From Bacteroidales bacterium (lineage in GTDB: Bacteria; Bacteroidota; Bacteroidia; Bacteroidales; UBA932), in contig JAHHQP010000005.1 in assembly GCA_020026355.1 (NCBI GenBank), forward strand, positions 2,919 through 66,918: a stretch of 64,000 nt of DNA, read 5' to 3'. The translations under genes were made by a program, and so were the position numbers. Under the pieces are notes generated by a model. It worked only from the letters and a program-made list of their open reading frames with translations, made no database searches and was not told the origin of the DNA. Below, piece after piece: positions 24,888-36,209 of the stretch (the stretch's first letter is position 1; the number at the start of each line of letters is the position of its first letter).

Positions 24888-27050
24888 TCAACTGATTTTA
24901 CTGTAGTCCTTGATGATGTACTTGTCTTTCTTGAGTTCGGTCGCGAGCTGACTGTTCTTCCGGTCCGAAAGGGAAGGATCGGCGGAAAGTATCGCATCCG
25001 CACATTCGCGAGCCTTGTTGAGGATGAGTCCGTCCTTGGCCAATGAGGCGATGTTGAGGCTGATCGGGAGGCCGCTCTGCTGCGTACCTTCCAGGTCCCC
25101 CGGACCGCGCATCTTCATGTCTTCTTCCGCCAGTTCGAAACCGTTTTCCGTCGCGCACATCAGTTCGATGCGGTGCTTGGATTCCTTGCTCATCTTCGTT
25201 CCGGTCATGAGTACGCAGTAGGACTTCTCGGAGCCTCGTCCGACACGTCCTCTGAGCTGGTGGAGCTGGCTCAGTCCGAAGCGTTCCGCGCTTTCGATGA
25301 CCATGACGGAAGCATTCGGGACATCGACGCCGACCTCGATGACCGAGGTGGCCACCAGGATGTTCGCGCGTCCCGCTGCAAAAGCGTCCATATTGAATTT
25401 CTTTTCGTCATTGGTCTGTTTTCCATGGACCACAGCCGTCTTGTAAGGTGGGAAAGGAAAGGCTTTCACGATGGACTCGATGCCTTTCTCCAGATTCTTG
25501 TAATCCATCTTCTCGCTCTCGTAGATGAGAGGGTAGACGACGAAGACCTGTCGACCGAGCGCGATCTGTTCCCGCATGAAATTGTTCAGGGCCGGACGTT
25601 TTCCTTCGGTCGCGTGAATGGTCTGGACCGGCTTTCGGCCTGGTGGCAGTTCATCGATGACGGACACGTCCAGATCGCCGTAAAGGGTCATGGCCAGGGT
25701 TCTCGGAATCGGGGTGGCGGTCATTACCAACACATGAGGTGGTACGCCGCAACTTGTTTTCCTCCAGAGTTTTGCACGCTGTTCTACACCGAAGCGGTGC
25801 TGTTCGTCGATGATGGCCAGACCAAGGTTGCGGAAGACCACATTGTCCTCGATCAGGGCATGGGTGCCGACGATGATGCCGATGCTGCCGTCTTCGAGTC
25901 CCTGATGGACTTCCCGGCGTTCAGCAGCCTTGGAGCTTCCGGTGAGAATCGCAGAACGGACACCGGTTCCTTCCAGCAGTTTCTGGATATTCTTGTAATG
26001 TTGCTGTGCCAGGACCTCGGTCGGCGCCATGATGCAGGCCTGGTAGCCGTTTCCGGTCGCGATGAGGGCGGTGAGCACGGCGACCATGGTCTTGCCGCTG
26101 CCGACATCACCCTGGAGAAGACGGTTCATCTGCCGCCCGCTCCTCATGTCGTCCCGAATCTCCCGGATCACCCGTTTCTGGGCATTCGTCAGATCGAAGG
26201 GCAGATTATCGTAACAATGGTTGAACTGCTCACCGACACGAGGCATCCGGATGCCGTTCTCATTGCGGCTGCGGATATATTTCTGCTTGAGCAAGGCCAG
26301 CTGCAGGAAGAGCAGTTCCTCGAACTTGAGCCGGTACTGGGCCTTCTGCAGAGCGGCGGTGTCTTTCGGAAAGTGGATGTTGCGCAGGGCGAACTGTAGA
26401 GGGACAAGTCCCTGCTCCTTCACGAGATATTCCGGCAGCGTCTCCCGGATGTCCACCAGAGCGGTCTGCAGCGCCTTGTCGACGAGCTTGACCATGAGTC
26501 TGCCGGTGATGCCGGCATTGTGCAGTTTCTCCGTGCTCGGATAGACCCCGGTGATGGCTCCGCTCCAGGTCGTTTCCTCCGGGTTGGACGGAAGATCGAC
26601 TTCCGGATGGACCATGTTCAGCTGTCCGTTGAAAGCGCTCGGCTTGCCGAAAAAGAGGAAGGTCGTGCCGGGCTTCAGTCTGCTGTGCATCCATTTGATG
26701 CCTTTGAAGAATACCATCTCCATCTCGCCGGTCCCGTCGCTGACCCATACGCTCATTCTCCGGATCAGGTTGTACTTGATCTCTTTTCCTTCTTCCGGGT
26801 CAATGATGCCGGCCTTTCCGGCACCGTGAAGGGTGACTCTGCGGACTTCCGCCTGGATCTGGATGTAGGCGGCATCGGAACGGACCTCACGGATCGGGGT
26901 GATGCCGGTCCGGTCGATGTAACGGAAAGGGTACAGATGGAGCAGATCTCCAACTGTCCTGATGCCGAGTTCCTTGTCCAGCAGCATGGCCCTTTTCGGA
27001 CCGACGCCGGGCAGGAACTGTATGTCCATCCCTGATTTTCCGTAATCCAT
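24888..27050 (-). CDS. recG: ATP-dependent DNA helicase RecG
   Basis: Wedge domain plus SF2 motifs: LLQGDVGSGKT, DEQHRFGV, MTATPIPRT, QLHQLRGRVGRG. An alternative start is at 27029 (MDIQFLPGVGPKR). Confidence 0.95.
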   Translation of the reverse strand: MDYGKSGMDIQFLPGVGPKRAMLLDKELGIRTVGDLLHLYPFRYIDRTGITPIREVRSDAAYIQIQAEVRRVTLHGAGKAGIIDPEEGKEIKYNLIRRMSVWVSDGTGEMEMVFFKGIKWMHSRLKPGTTFLFFGKPSAFNGQLNMVHPEVDLPSNPEETTWSGAITGVYPSTEKLHNAGITGRLMVKLVDKALQTALVDIRETLPEYLVKEQGLVPLQFALRNIHFPKDTAALQKAQYRLKFEELLFLQLALLKQKYIRSRNENGIRMPRVGEQFNHCYDNLPFDLTNAQKRVIREIRDDMRSGRQMNRLLQGDVGSGKTMVAVLTALIATGNGYQACIMAPTEVLAQQHYKNIQKLLEGTGVRSAILTGSSKAAERREVHQGLEDGSIGIIVGTHALIEDNVVFRNLGLAIIDEQHRFGVEQRAKLWRKTSCGVPPHVLVMTATPIPRTLAMTLYGDLDVSVIDELPPGRKPVQTIHATEGKRPALNNFMREQIALGRQVFVVYPLIYESEKMDYKNLEKGIESIVKAFPFPPYKTAVVHGKQTNDEKKFNMDAFAAGRANILVATSVIEVGVDVPNASVMVIESAERFGLSQLHQLRGRVGRGSEKSYCVLMTGTKMSKESKHRIELMCATENGFELAEEDMKMRGPGDLEGTQQSGLPISLNIASLAKDGLILNKARECADAILSADPSLSDRKNSQLATELKKDKYIIKDYSKIS

Positions 27051-27155
27051 GGTAAACTGCCCCGATTTATCTCTTGAGATACAAATGTAGTGAAAAATAT
27101 TGACTATATTTGTAAGATATTATTTACGAGAACAACAAATCTAATACATAAGGAA

Positions 27156-28238
27156 ATGTCTAAGAAACTAGTGGTAGGTATCACGCAGGGTGATGGTAAC
27201 GGAATCGGTTACGAAGTCATCATCAAGGCCCTGGCTGATGAACGTATCCTGGACATCTGTACACCAGTGATCTACGGTTCATCCAAGATTTTCGGCTTTT
27301 ACAAGAAACAGATACATAATATCGAACAGATCCAGACGAACGTCATCTCTTCCGCGAAGGAAGTGCATCAGAAAAGGGTCAACATCGTGAACTGTCTTCC
27401 GGAAAACGTGTTCGTGGAGCCGGGACAGTCCACTCCGGAGTCCGCTAAGTCTGCGATGACCTCTCTCGAATGTGCCGTGAAGGACCTTCAGGAAGGAATC
27501 ATCGACGTGCTCGTGACCGCGCCGATCAACAAGCGAGCGATGGTCAATGAAGGTTTCGGCTATACCGGCCATACCGAATATCTCGAACATGCTTTCGGTG
27601 TGGATGAGGTTGCCATGATCATGGTGTCCGACCGGTTGAAGGTCGCTCCCGTCACCGGACATATTCCGATCAAGGATGTTCCTTCCAGCATCAGCCAAGA
27701 GAAGATTCTCCGCAAGCTGCGTCTGGTGAACGCCTCCTTGAAACGTGATTTCGGCGTACCGTCTCCGAAAATCGGCGTGCTCGGCCTGAATCCGCACTGC
27801 GGGGACGGCGGACTGCTCGGCGACGAGGAAAGAGACATCATTCTCCCGGCTGTGAAAGCGGCGCAGGAAGAGGGCATCCTGGCCTATGGACCGTATTCTC
27901 CGGATGGTTACTTCGGCATGGGTCACTATGCCAGGTTCGATGTCACGCTGGCCATGTATCATGATCAGGGACTGGCTCCGTTCAAGGCATTGGCCTTCGA
28001 GATCGGCGTGAACTATACGGCCGGACTTCCGGTCGTGCGTACTTCACCGGACCACGGAACGGCTTATGATATGGCTGGACGTGACGAGGCGGATCCTCAG
28101 TCCATGATTTCCGCGATCTATACGGCGATCGACATCTACAACAGCAGACAGGCTCATGATGAGCTGGAAGCCGGCAAGATGACCGTGAAGGTGCCGGAGA
28201 ATGAAATAAAGCCGAAAGGCGGAAGGATCATCGAATAG
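27156..28238 (+). CDS. pdxA: 4-hydroxythreonine-4-phosphate dehydrogenase
   Basis: MSKKLVVGITQGDGNGIGYEV...GHTEYL...LNPHCGDGG...PDHGTAYD. The track start at 27090 is an upstream extension. Confidence 0.9.
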   Translation: MSKKLVVGITQGDGNGIGYEVIIKALADERILDICTPVIYGSSKIFGFYKKQIHNIEQIQTNVISSAKEVHQKRVNIVNCLPENVFVEPGQSTPESAKSAMTSLECAVKDLQEGIIDVLVTAPINKRAMVNEGFGYTGHTEYLEHAFGVDEVAMIMVSDRLKVAPVTGHIPIKDVPSSISQEKILRKLRLVNASLKRDFGVPSPKIGVLGLNPHCGDGGLLGDEERDIILPAVKAAQEEGILAYGPYSPDGYFGMGHYARFDVTLAMYHDQGLAPFKALAFEIGVNYTAGLPVVRTSPDHGTAYDMAGRDEADPQSMISAIYTAIDIYNSRQAHDELEAGKMTVKVPENEIKPKGGRIIE

Positions 28239-28241
28239 CGC

Positions 28242-28748
28242 ATGGCGGAGACGATGAATCCACAGCGGCCGCCGATCTATCTCTATACGGACGGCGCCAG
28301 CAGCGGCAATCCGGGGCCGGGCGGTTACGGCATCGTGCTCAAATGCGGTACTCACCGTCTGGAACTTTCCGGAGGCTTTGCCCTGACGACGAACAACCGC
28401 ATGGAACTCCTGGCCGTGATTGTCGGTCTGGAGAGTATCCGCTGGGCCAATGCGGAAGTGCATATCTACAGCGATTCCTCCTATGTGGTCAATGCCATCA
28501 ATAAAGGCTGGCTCGAAGGCTGGAAACGGAAGGGTTTCGCGAAGGTGAAGAATGTGGATCTCTGGAAACGTTTCCTGATGGTCTACAGACGTCTCCGTGT
28601 TTCTTTCCATTGGATCAAGGGTCATGCCGGCCATCCGGAGAACGAGCGTTGCGACGCTTTGGCGGTCGCGGCGGGAGCCGGACAGGCTGAAGCCGGAGTG
28701 GAGCTGCCGGAAGATACGGGATATCTGGCCGAAAGGGCTTTGTTCTGA
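28242..28748 (+). CDS. rnhA: Ribonuclease HI
   Basis: IYLYTDGASSGNPGPGGYG...TNNRMELLAVI...YSDSSYV...HWIKGHAGHPENERCDALA. Confidence 0.9.
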   Translation: MAETMNPQRPPIYLYTDGASSGNPGPGGYGIVLKCGTHRLELSGGFALTTNNRMELLAVIVGLESIRWANAEVHIYSDSSYVVNAINKGWLEGWKRKGFAKVKNVDLWKRFLMVYRRLRVSFHWIKGHAGHPENERCDALAVAAGAGQAEAGVELPEDTGYLAERALF

Positions 28749-28795
28749 TCAGGAAAGTATAGCGGTTCCGATTTTGTAAATCCGTTATTTATAAT

Positions 28796-28803
28796 TATAT
28801 TTG
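28796..28803 (+). promoter_or_regulatory. -7 promoter box TATATTTG upstream of secA
   Basis: Exact TAnnTTTG about 60 nt upstream of the secA ATG. Confidence 0.5.
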
Positions 28804-28862
28804 TAGGATGTTTGTGCAATGCAGACATCCTTTTTAAGTTAAACGAGAAAATATAGAAATAT

Positions 28863-31800
28863 ATGTCATTCACAGATGTATTCAAGAAGATTTTCGGAAC
28901 CAAGGCTGAGAGGGATCTGAAGGCTATCCGTCCGATCTTGGAGAAGGTCCTTGCCGCCTATGAGCGCATCGACAGACTCTCCGATGATGAACTGAGGGCC
29001 AGATGTCAGGAACTCAAAGACCAGATCCGGAACTATATCGCTGAAGATGAGGCGCGTATCGCTCAGATCAAGGATGAAATCGAGAAAGAGATTCCGCTTG
29101 ATCAGAAAGAGGCGCTGGCTACCGAATCCGATAAGTTGACCAAGCAGGTCGATGACAAGATAGAGGAAGTTCTCAAGGAGATTCTTCCGGATGCTTTCGC
29201 CATCATGAAATCCACTGCCCGTCGTTTCGCCCAGAATCCGGTCATCAAGGTCCATGCGACCGACTTCGACCGTGAGCTCAGCACGACGAAGGAATTCGTC
29301 ACCATTGACGGAGACTATGCCTTGTGGCAGAACCATTGGACCGCCGGTGGCAATGAGATCACCTGGGATATGGTCCACTACGATGTGCAGCTCATCGGCG
29401 GTATCGCCCTGCATCAGGGCAAGATCGCTGAGATGGCGACCGGTGAAGGAAAGACGCTCGTCGCCACCCTTCCGGTATTCCTGAATGCATTGGCTGGAAA
29501 AGGTGTCCATGTCGTGACGGTCAATGACTATCTGTCCAAGCGAGATTCCGAGTGGATGGGACCGCTCTACATGTTCCACGGCTTGTCCGTCGACTGCATC
29601 GACAAGCACGAACCGAACAGCGAAGATCGAAAGAAGGCGTATGCCGCGAACATCACCTTCGGTACGAACAACGAATTCGGTTTCGACTACCTGCGTGACA
29701 ACATGGCGATTTCCCAGAATGATCTGGTGCAGCGCAAGCATCATTTCGCTATCGTCGATGAGGTCGACTCCGTCCTGATCGATGATGCCCGTACGCCGCT
29801 CATCATTTCCGGTCCTGTACCGAAAGGCGAAGACCAGCAGTTCGTGGAGTTCCGCCCGTTCGTCGAGCGTCTGTACAACAGCCAGAAGACCTTGGTGACT
29901 TCCTTGCTGAACGAGGCCAGGAAGCTGATCGCCGCAGGCAACGAGAAGGATGGAGGTCTGCTCCTGTTCCGTGCCTACAAGGGTTATCCGAAATACAAGC
30001 CGCTCATCAAGTTCCTCAGTGAACCGGGCATGAAGCAGCTCATGCAGAAAGTCGAGAACTACTATATCCAGGACAATGAACGTGAAATGTACATCGTCAC
30101 CGACGAACTGTACTTCGTGATCAACGAGAAGCAGAATTCCGTCGACATGACCGATAAGGGTCGTGACCTGATCACCGGAAACCTGGAAGATCCGAACTTC
30201 TTCATCTTGCCGGATGTCGGCGCGGCCATTGCCGAGGTCCAGAAGAATGAAGAACTTTCCGCTGCCGAGAAGCAGACCAGAAAAGACGAGATCATGGCTG
30301 ACTTTGCCGTCAAGTCCGAGCGTGTCCACACCGTGAACCAGCTCCTGAAGGCTTACACCATGTTCGACCGTGATATCGAGTATGTCGTTCAGGACGGCAA
30401 GATCAAGATCGTCGATGAACAGACCGGACGTATCCTGGAAGGTCGCCGTTATTCAGATGGACTCCATCAGGCTATCGAGGCCAAGGAGAACGTGAAGGTG
30501 GAGGCTGCTACCCAGACTTTCGCGACCATCACCCTCCAGAACTACTTCCGTATGTACCATAAGCTGGCCGGTATGACCGGTACGGCAGAGACGGAGGCCG
30601 GCGAGTTCTGGTCCATCTACAAACTTGATGTCGTCGTGATCCCGACCAACAGGCCGATCGCGCGTATTGACCAGAATGACCTGATCTACAAGACGAAGAA
30701 AGCGAAATTCGAAGCGGTGATCGAGAAGATCGTCGAACTGAAGGCTGCAGGACGTCCGGTCCTGGTCGGTACGACAGATGTCGAGACTTCTGAGCTTCTC
30801 AGCCGTATGTTGAGGATGAGACATATCGATCATCAGGTATTGAATGCGAAACAGCATGCAAGGGAGGCGGAGGTCGTCGCTCATGCAGGACAGACAGGTA
30901 CCGTCACCATCGCCACCAACATGGCCGGTCGTGGTACCGATATCAAGCTGTCTCCGGAAGTGAAGGCGGCAGGCGGTCTGGCCATCATCGGTACGGAACG
31001 TCATGATAGCCGTCGTGTGGACCGTCAGCTGCGAGGCCGATCCGGTCGTCAGGGTGACCCGGGCTCATCCATTTTCTATGTTTCTCTCGAAGACAAGCTC
31101 ATGAGGCTGTTCGGTTCCGAGAGGATCGCAGGCGTGGTCGACAAATTGGGTATGAACGATGACGAGGCGCTGGAATCCTCCATGCTCTCGAATTCCATCG
31201 AGCGTGCGCAGAAGAAAGTCGAGGAGAACAACTTCGGTATCCGCAAACGTCTGCTCGAATACGATGACGTGATGAACTCACAGCGTGAGGTCATCTACCA
31301 GAAGAGACGTAACGCGCTTTCCGGCGAACGTGTCGAGATCGATGTCATGAACATGATGCAGGATATGGCCGAGATCATGGCCGGAAGGGCTGAGAACATG
31401 ACCTGGGATGCTTTCTCCGAGCATCTGATGTCTGCCCTTTCCATTGATATCGATATGGACGAGGCTTCTTACGAGCATGCTCGCAGAAACGAGATCGCTG
31501 ACAAGGTCTACGATTCCATGCTTTCTGCCTACAACCGTAGGATGGACAACATGATCAGCAAGGTGCTTCCAGTGATCAGACAGGTCAATGAGGAACACGG
31601 TGAACTTTACACGAACATCGCCATTCCGATTTCAGACGGTCGCAAGGTCCTGACTCTTTCCGTCAATCTGAAGAAGGCCATCGAGTCCGAAGGTCGTGAG
31701 ATCGTCAGATGTCTCAGCAAGTTCGTCATGCTCCACAATATCGACGAGCATTGGAAAGAGCATCTGCGTGATATGGATGACTTGAAGCAGTCCGTGCAGA

Positions 31801-32138
31801 ACGCTACCTATGAGCAGAAGGATCCGCTTCTGATCTACAAGCTTGACAGTTTCAACCTCTTCAGCGAGATGCTGGAGAACCTGAGCAAGGATATTCTCTC
31901 CTTCCTCCTCCGTGCCTTCATTCCGCTCCGTGATACCGAAGCGCCGAGAAGAGCAGAGGAGCAGCGCAGGAAGACCGACATGAGCCAGATGCAGACCAGC
32001 AGGAATGATCTGGCGACGAACGGCGGTGATCAGAAGAGCCATATGCCGGTCCATGTCGAGAAGACGATCGGACGTAATGATCTTTGTCCATGCGGTTCCG
32101 GCAAGAAATACAAGAACTGCCACGGAAAAGGACTCTGA
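28863..32138 (+). CDS. secA: Preprotein translocase ATPase SecA
   Basis: 1091 aa with [33 protein letters not shown], and a C-terminal zinc finger [14 protein letters not shown]. Confidence 0.97.
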   Translation: MSFTDVFKKIFGTKAERDLKAIRPILEKVLAAYERIDRLSDDELRARCQELKDQIRNYIAEDEARIAQIKDEIEKEIPLDQKEALATESDKLTKQVDDKIEEVLKEILPDAFAIMKSTARRFAQNPVIKVHATDFDRELSTTKEFVTIDGDYALWQNHWTAGGNEITWDMVHYDVQLIGGIALHQGKIAEMATGEGKTLVATLPVFLNALAGKGVHVVTVNDYLSKRDSEWMGPLYMFHGLSVDCIDKHEPNSEDRKKAYAANITFGTNNEFGFDYLRDNMAISQNDLVQRKHHFAIVDEVDSVLIDDARTPLIISGPVPKGEDQQFVEFRPFVERLYNSQKTLVTSLLNEARKLIAAGNEKDGGLLLFRAYKGYPKYKPLIKFLSEPGMKQLMQKVENYYIQDNEREMYIVTDELYFVINEKQNSVDMTDKGRDLITGNLEDPNFFILPDVGAAIAEVQKNEELSAAEKQTRKDEIMADFAVKSERVHTVNQLLKAYTMFDRDIEYVVQDGKIKIVDEQTGRILEGRRYSDGLHQAIEAKENVKVEAATQTFATITLQNYFRMYHKLAGMTGTAETEAGEFWSIYKLDVVVIPTNRPIARIDQNDLIYKTKKAKFEAVIEKIVELKAAGRPVLVGTTDVETSELLSRMLRMRHIDHQVLNAKQHAREAEVVAHAGQTGTVTIATNMAGRGTDIKLSPEVKAAGGLAIIGTERHDSRRVDRQLRGRSGRQGDPGSSIFYVSLEDKLMRLFGSERIAGVVDKLGMNDDEALESSMLSNSIERAQKKVEENNFGIRKRLLEYDDVMNSQREVIYQKRRNALSGERVEIDVMNMMQDMAEIMAGRAENMTWDAFSEHLMSALSIDIDMDEASYEHARRNEIADKVYDSMLSAYNRRMDNMISKVLPVIRQVNEEHGELYTNIAIPISDGRKVLTLSVNLKKAIESEGREIVRCLSKFVMLHNIDEHWKEHLRDMDDLKQSVQNATYEQKDPLLIYKLDSFNLFSEMLENLSKDILSFLLRAFIPLRDTEAPRRAEEQRRKTDMSQMQTSRNDLATNGGDQKSHMPVHVEKTIGRNDLCPCGSGKKYKNCHGKGL

Positions 32139-32182
32139 TCACAACAAGAAGTTTAACGAACAGAAAAACACGAGAATAAGAA

Positions 32183-32641
32183 ATGGCAAGAATGGAATCT
32201 TCTATCAACGTCAATTCTGTCAGCAGAATTTCCGACGGAACAGTCATCAAAGGTGAGATCTTCTCTCCCGCCGACATCAGGATCGACGGCGCTTTCGAGG
32301 GAAAGATCATTTCCAAAGGAAGGGTCGTCGCTGGCGAGAAAGCAGTCATCAAAGGTGAGGTCATCTGTGAGAACCTGGACATCTGGGGTAAACTCGAAGG
32401 TACGGTCTACACGAAAGACACTCTTTCCCTCAAGGAAGGTTGTATGCTGGATGGCAGCATCAATGTCAAAAGGTTGTCTGTGGAGCTGGGTGCCGTACTG
32501 AACGGTGAATGCAAGACGATCACTGAAGCCGAGTTCGATAAATTCGAGGAATCCGTGACCAAGGCTTCTACTGCAGTGCATGTCACTGCAGCCAGCAATC
32601 CGTCTCAGAATCAGCAGCAGAAACGTCAGTCTGCGAACTAG
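32183..32641 (+). CDS. Bactofilin family polymer-forming protein
   Basis: 152 aa with a beta-helical repeat pattern (TVIKGEI.S..DIRIDG.FEGKI.SKGRVVAGEKAVIKGEV) and a Q-rich tail. Confidence 0.8.
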   Translation: MARMESSINVNSVSRISDGTVIKGEIFSPADIRIDGAFEGKIISKGRVVAGEKAVIKGEVICENLDIWGKLEGTVYTKDTLSLKEGCMLDGSINVKRLSVELGAVLNGECKTITEAEFDKFEESVTKASTAVHVTAASNPSQNQQQKRQSAN

Positions 32642-32725
32642 TCCGTTCTTTAATGATGAAAGTCGTGTCAATGAATATTCAATCATTGGCCCGACTTTTT
32701 TTCCCCTTTACCGATCGAGGTCCGC

Positions 32726-33913
32726 TCAGGATCTTAGCAGTCTGATCATTTCCGCGGCGATGGCTTCGGAGGCTCCTGCTTTGCCGAGGAGGTTCTGGAT
32801 CTCGTGGTAGTCTGACAACATTTTTCTGCGGTAGTCTTCATCCTCGATCAGGGACCTGACCTCATTGACCAAGGCATCGGCGTTGCAATCGTCCTGGATC
32901 AGTTCCTTGAATGCCAGACGATTGACCGTCAGGTTTCCGAGGCTGATGTACTTGACCTTGATGATGTGCTTCGCGATCTGGTACGTGAGCTTGCAGTCGT
33001 TGATGTAGCCGACGACTTGTGGCGTATTGAAAAGCACGGTCTCCAGAGAGGCGGTACCGGAATTCACGACAGCGGCTTCTGCGTGGCGGATGATGGATTG
33101 AGTCTCTCCGAAAAGGACTTTCACGTCAGCCTTCACCTGCTGCAGGTAAGGGGAGTAGTCACTCATCTGGCGGGAAGGCGCTCCGGCGATGATGAACTGA
33201 TAGTCCTTGTACCGCGGCTGGGCAGAGAGCTGCTCCGCGAACCGGGTCAGGACCGGCATCATGGTGCTGATCTCTCCTTTTCGTGAACCGGCCAGCATGG
33301 CGATGACCGGCTTGTCCGGAAGACGGTTCCTCCGGAGGAAATCTTCCCGGCTCTCGTTCATGGCCCGTGAGCCTGCGATGGCGTCGACCAGAGGATTACC
33401 TTTATATATGAAGTCTACGCCCTTGGTCTGGAAATAAGGAATCTCGAATGGAAAGACGATGAAAAGCTGGTCGACATAGGCTTTCAGTTTCTTGATTCTT
33501 CCTTCACGGGAAGCCCATACTTTCGGGGCGATGTAATAGAAGACCTTGAATCCTTTCTTGTGGGCGAACTCAGCGATCTTGAAGTTGAAGCCTGGATAAT
33601 CGATCAGGATCACGACATCCGGATTCCAGGCGAGGATATCTTTCTTGCACATCCTGACGTTGCCCAGGAGTTTCTTCGCCATCTTCACTACTTCCCAGAA
33701 GCCCATCACGGCTCCTTCCTTATAGTCTTTCACGAGACCGCCGTGCAGACTGCCGTCTGCGACCGGAGTTTCATTGGCTTTATAGACCTGGTCCATGAGA
33801 CCACCGCCCCAGAACCTGATTTCGGCCTGAGGATCGCGGGCATAGAGCCCTTTCATGAGATTGGACCCGTGAAGGTCGCCGGACGCTTCGCCGGCAATGA
33901 GATAATATTTCAT
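32726..33913 (-). CDS. lpxB: Lipid-A-disaccharide synthase
   Basis: MKYYLIAGEASGDLHGSNLM..., 395 aa. Confidence 0.9.
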   Translation of the reverse strand: MKYYLIAGEASGDLHGSNLMKGLYARDPQAEIRFWGGGLMDQVYKANETPVADGSLHGGLVKDYKEGAVMGFWEVVKMAKKLLGNVRMCKKDILAWNPDVVILIDYPGFNFKIAEFAHKKGFKVFYYIAPKVWASREGRIKKLKAYVDQLFIVFPFEIPYFQTKGVDFIYKGNPLVDAIAGSRAMNESREDFLRRNRLPDKPVIAMLAGSRKGEISTMMPVLTRFAEQLSAQPRYKDYQFIIAGAPSRQMSDYSPYLQQVKADVKVLFGETQSIIRHAEAAVVNSGTASLETVLFNTPQVVGYINDCKLTYQIAKHIIKVKYISLGNLTVNRLAFKELIQDDCNADALVNEVRSLIEDEDYRRKMLSDYHEIQNLLGKAGASEAIAAEMIRLLRS

Positions 33914-33921
33914 GGCTGCTT

Positions 33922-34776
33922 CTATTTTGTCTGCCGGAAATCCCGGCCGATGCCCAGAGATCTGATTCTCCGTACTTCTTCCGTGTCGGTGTTGAACACA
34001 TTGTGTGCCACGACGGAAATGTAGCCGTTGCGGACCAGGACATGGTCGGCTTCTGCCGTGTTGGTCGGGTCGTCCTCGAATTCACCGGTCATCATCCAGG
34101 CTTCTTCTCCTTCTTCCAGCGGCTTCTCTGCAAATTTGCCGAACATTTCGTACTTGATGCCGTGCTGCTCGAGAATCGCCGGATCCCAAGGGATGAATTC
34201 CTTGACCCAGCGTCCGAAACCCTCATGGCCGGCGCGGATGCCCTTGATCTCCTCTTCCGGAAGGGCCGGGAAATTCACGTTGTAGTAGATGCCTCTCCTG
34301 GTCGGAAGATGGCTCATGAGCTGGGAGAAAATCTCTGGGAAACGGTGCGTGACCGCGCTCAGGTCCGCTTCCGGCTGATGAGTGTCAATGGAAACGCCGA
34401 TGGCCGGGATGCCGTTCAAGGTCGCTTCCTCCGCTGCGCCGAGAGTGCCGGAATAGCAGGCTGCGACGGAAGCGTTGGAACCATGGTTGATACCGGAGAC
34501 CACGACATCCGGACGTTGCTTCAGGAAGCAGGTGTTCAGTCCGAATTTGATGCAGCTCGCCGGTGTCGCGTCCAGGTAATGCCAATGGGCACCGTCGATC
34601 ATGCCCAGATCCTTGTGGGCAAGCTGCCTGACGCCGAGCGATACGGCGGATGACATGCCGGACTGGTGGGTTTTCGGCGCGATTACGGTGACTTCACCGA
34701 ATTGCCGCATGATTTTTGCTAAAGTCTTGACGCCGTTGGCTTGGTAGCCGTCGTCATTGGTAATGAGAATCTTCAT
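33922..34776 (-). CDS. surE: 5'/3'-nucleotidase SurE
   Basis: MKILITNDDGYQANGV...SGINHGSN. Confidence 0.9.
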   Translation of the reverse strand: MKILITNDDGYQANGVKTLAKIMRQFGEVTVIAPKTHQSGMSSAVSLGVRQLAHKDLGMIDGAHWHYLDATPASCIKFGLNTCFLKQRPDVVVSGINHGSNASVAACYSGTLGAAEEATLNGIPAIGVSIDTHQPEADLSAVTHRFPEIFSQLMSHLPTRRGIYYNVNFPALPEEEIKGIRAGHEGFGRWVKEFIPWDPAILEQHGIKYEMFGKFAEKPLEEGEEAWMMTGEFEDDPTNTAEADHVLVRNGYISVVAHNVFNTDTEEVRRIRSLGIGRDFRQTK

Positions 34777-34843
34777 TTTCGAATCAGAAAACAGGGGTTT
34801 GCATTATTTTTCACAAAAGTAGTCATTATATCATAATTTTTTG

Positions 34844-34851
34844 TAAATTTG
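34844..34851 (+). promoter_or_regulatory. -7 promoter box TAAATTTG upstream of gap
   Basis: Exact TAnnTTTG match in the surE/gap divergent region. Confidence 0.5.
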
Positions 34852-34907
34852 TGGCGCTTTTTGGTGAAAGGCTATCAAGAGACAGTTACAAGTATAACTT
34901 TAAATAA

Positions 34908-35918
<1,011 letters not shown>

Positions 35919-35943
35919 TTTCAGCGTCTACAAGACACTCACT

Positions 35944-35981
35944 GATGGCTCGGAGGAAATCACCTCCGGGCCATCTTTTTT
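35944..35981 (+). terminator. Rho-independent terminator of gap
   Basis: 13-bp stem GATGGCTCGGAGG/CCTCCGGGCCATC plus TTTTTT. Confidence 0.8.
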
Positions 35982-36114
35982 CATGCCCTGGCGTGAGGGA
36001 GATGTAACTGCGGTGAGGGGAGAGAGTGGAGATTTCCTGCGCCGTGAGGATAGGATGGCTTTGTGGCGGCATCGAGAGAACTGGCCCCGTTGGATTGAGA
36101 CTTAAGGCATGAAC

Positions 36115-36124
36115 TCATTGACCT
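36115..36124 (-). repeat. Intergenic copy of the AGGTCAATGA core (read as TCATTGACCT on the plus strand)
   Basis: Exact 10-mer followed by GGGGAAAGG, in the untranslated gap between gap and pssA. Confidence 0.6.
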
Positions 36125-36151
36125 GGGGAAAGGATAGAGAGAAATGGGGAC

Positions 36152-36184
36152 AAAAAAACAGGCCGGACCTTACGGACCAGCCTG
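36152..36184 (-). terminator. Rho-independent terminator of pssA
   Basis: The minus strand reads CAGGCTGGTCC gtaa GGTCCGGCCTG followed by TTTTTTT. Confidence 0.7.
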
Positions 36185-36209
36185 ATTTATAAATGGATAG
36201 ATGCTGCGG

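Noticed and set aside
25173-26399. 408-aa plus-strand ORF
   Set aside because: It is antisense to recG, which carries all the SF2 helicase motifs on the minus strand.
28805-28835. Hairpin AGGATGT...ACATCCT plus T-run in the secA leader, considered as an attenuator
   Set aside because: The stem is only 7 bp with a 13-nt loop. It begins essentially at the predicted transcription start. This is too weak to claim.
28866-30329. 487-aa minus-strand ORF
   Set aside because: It is antisense to secA. There is no independent support.
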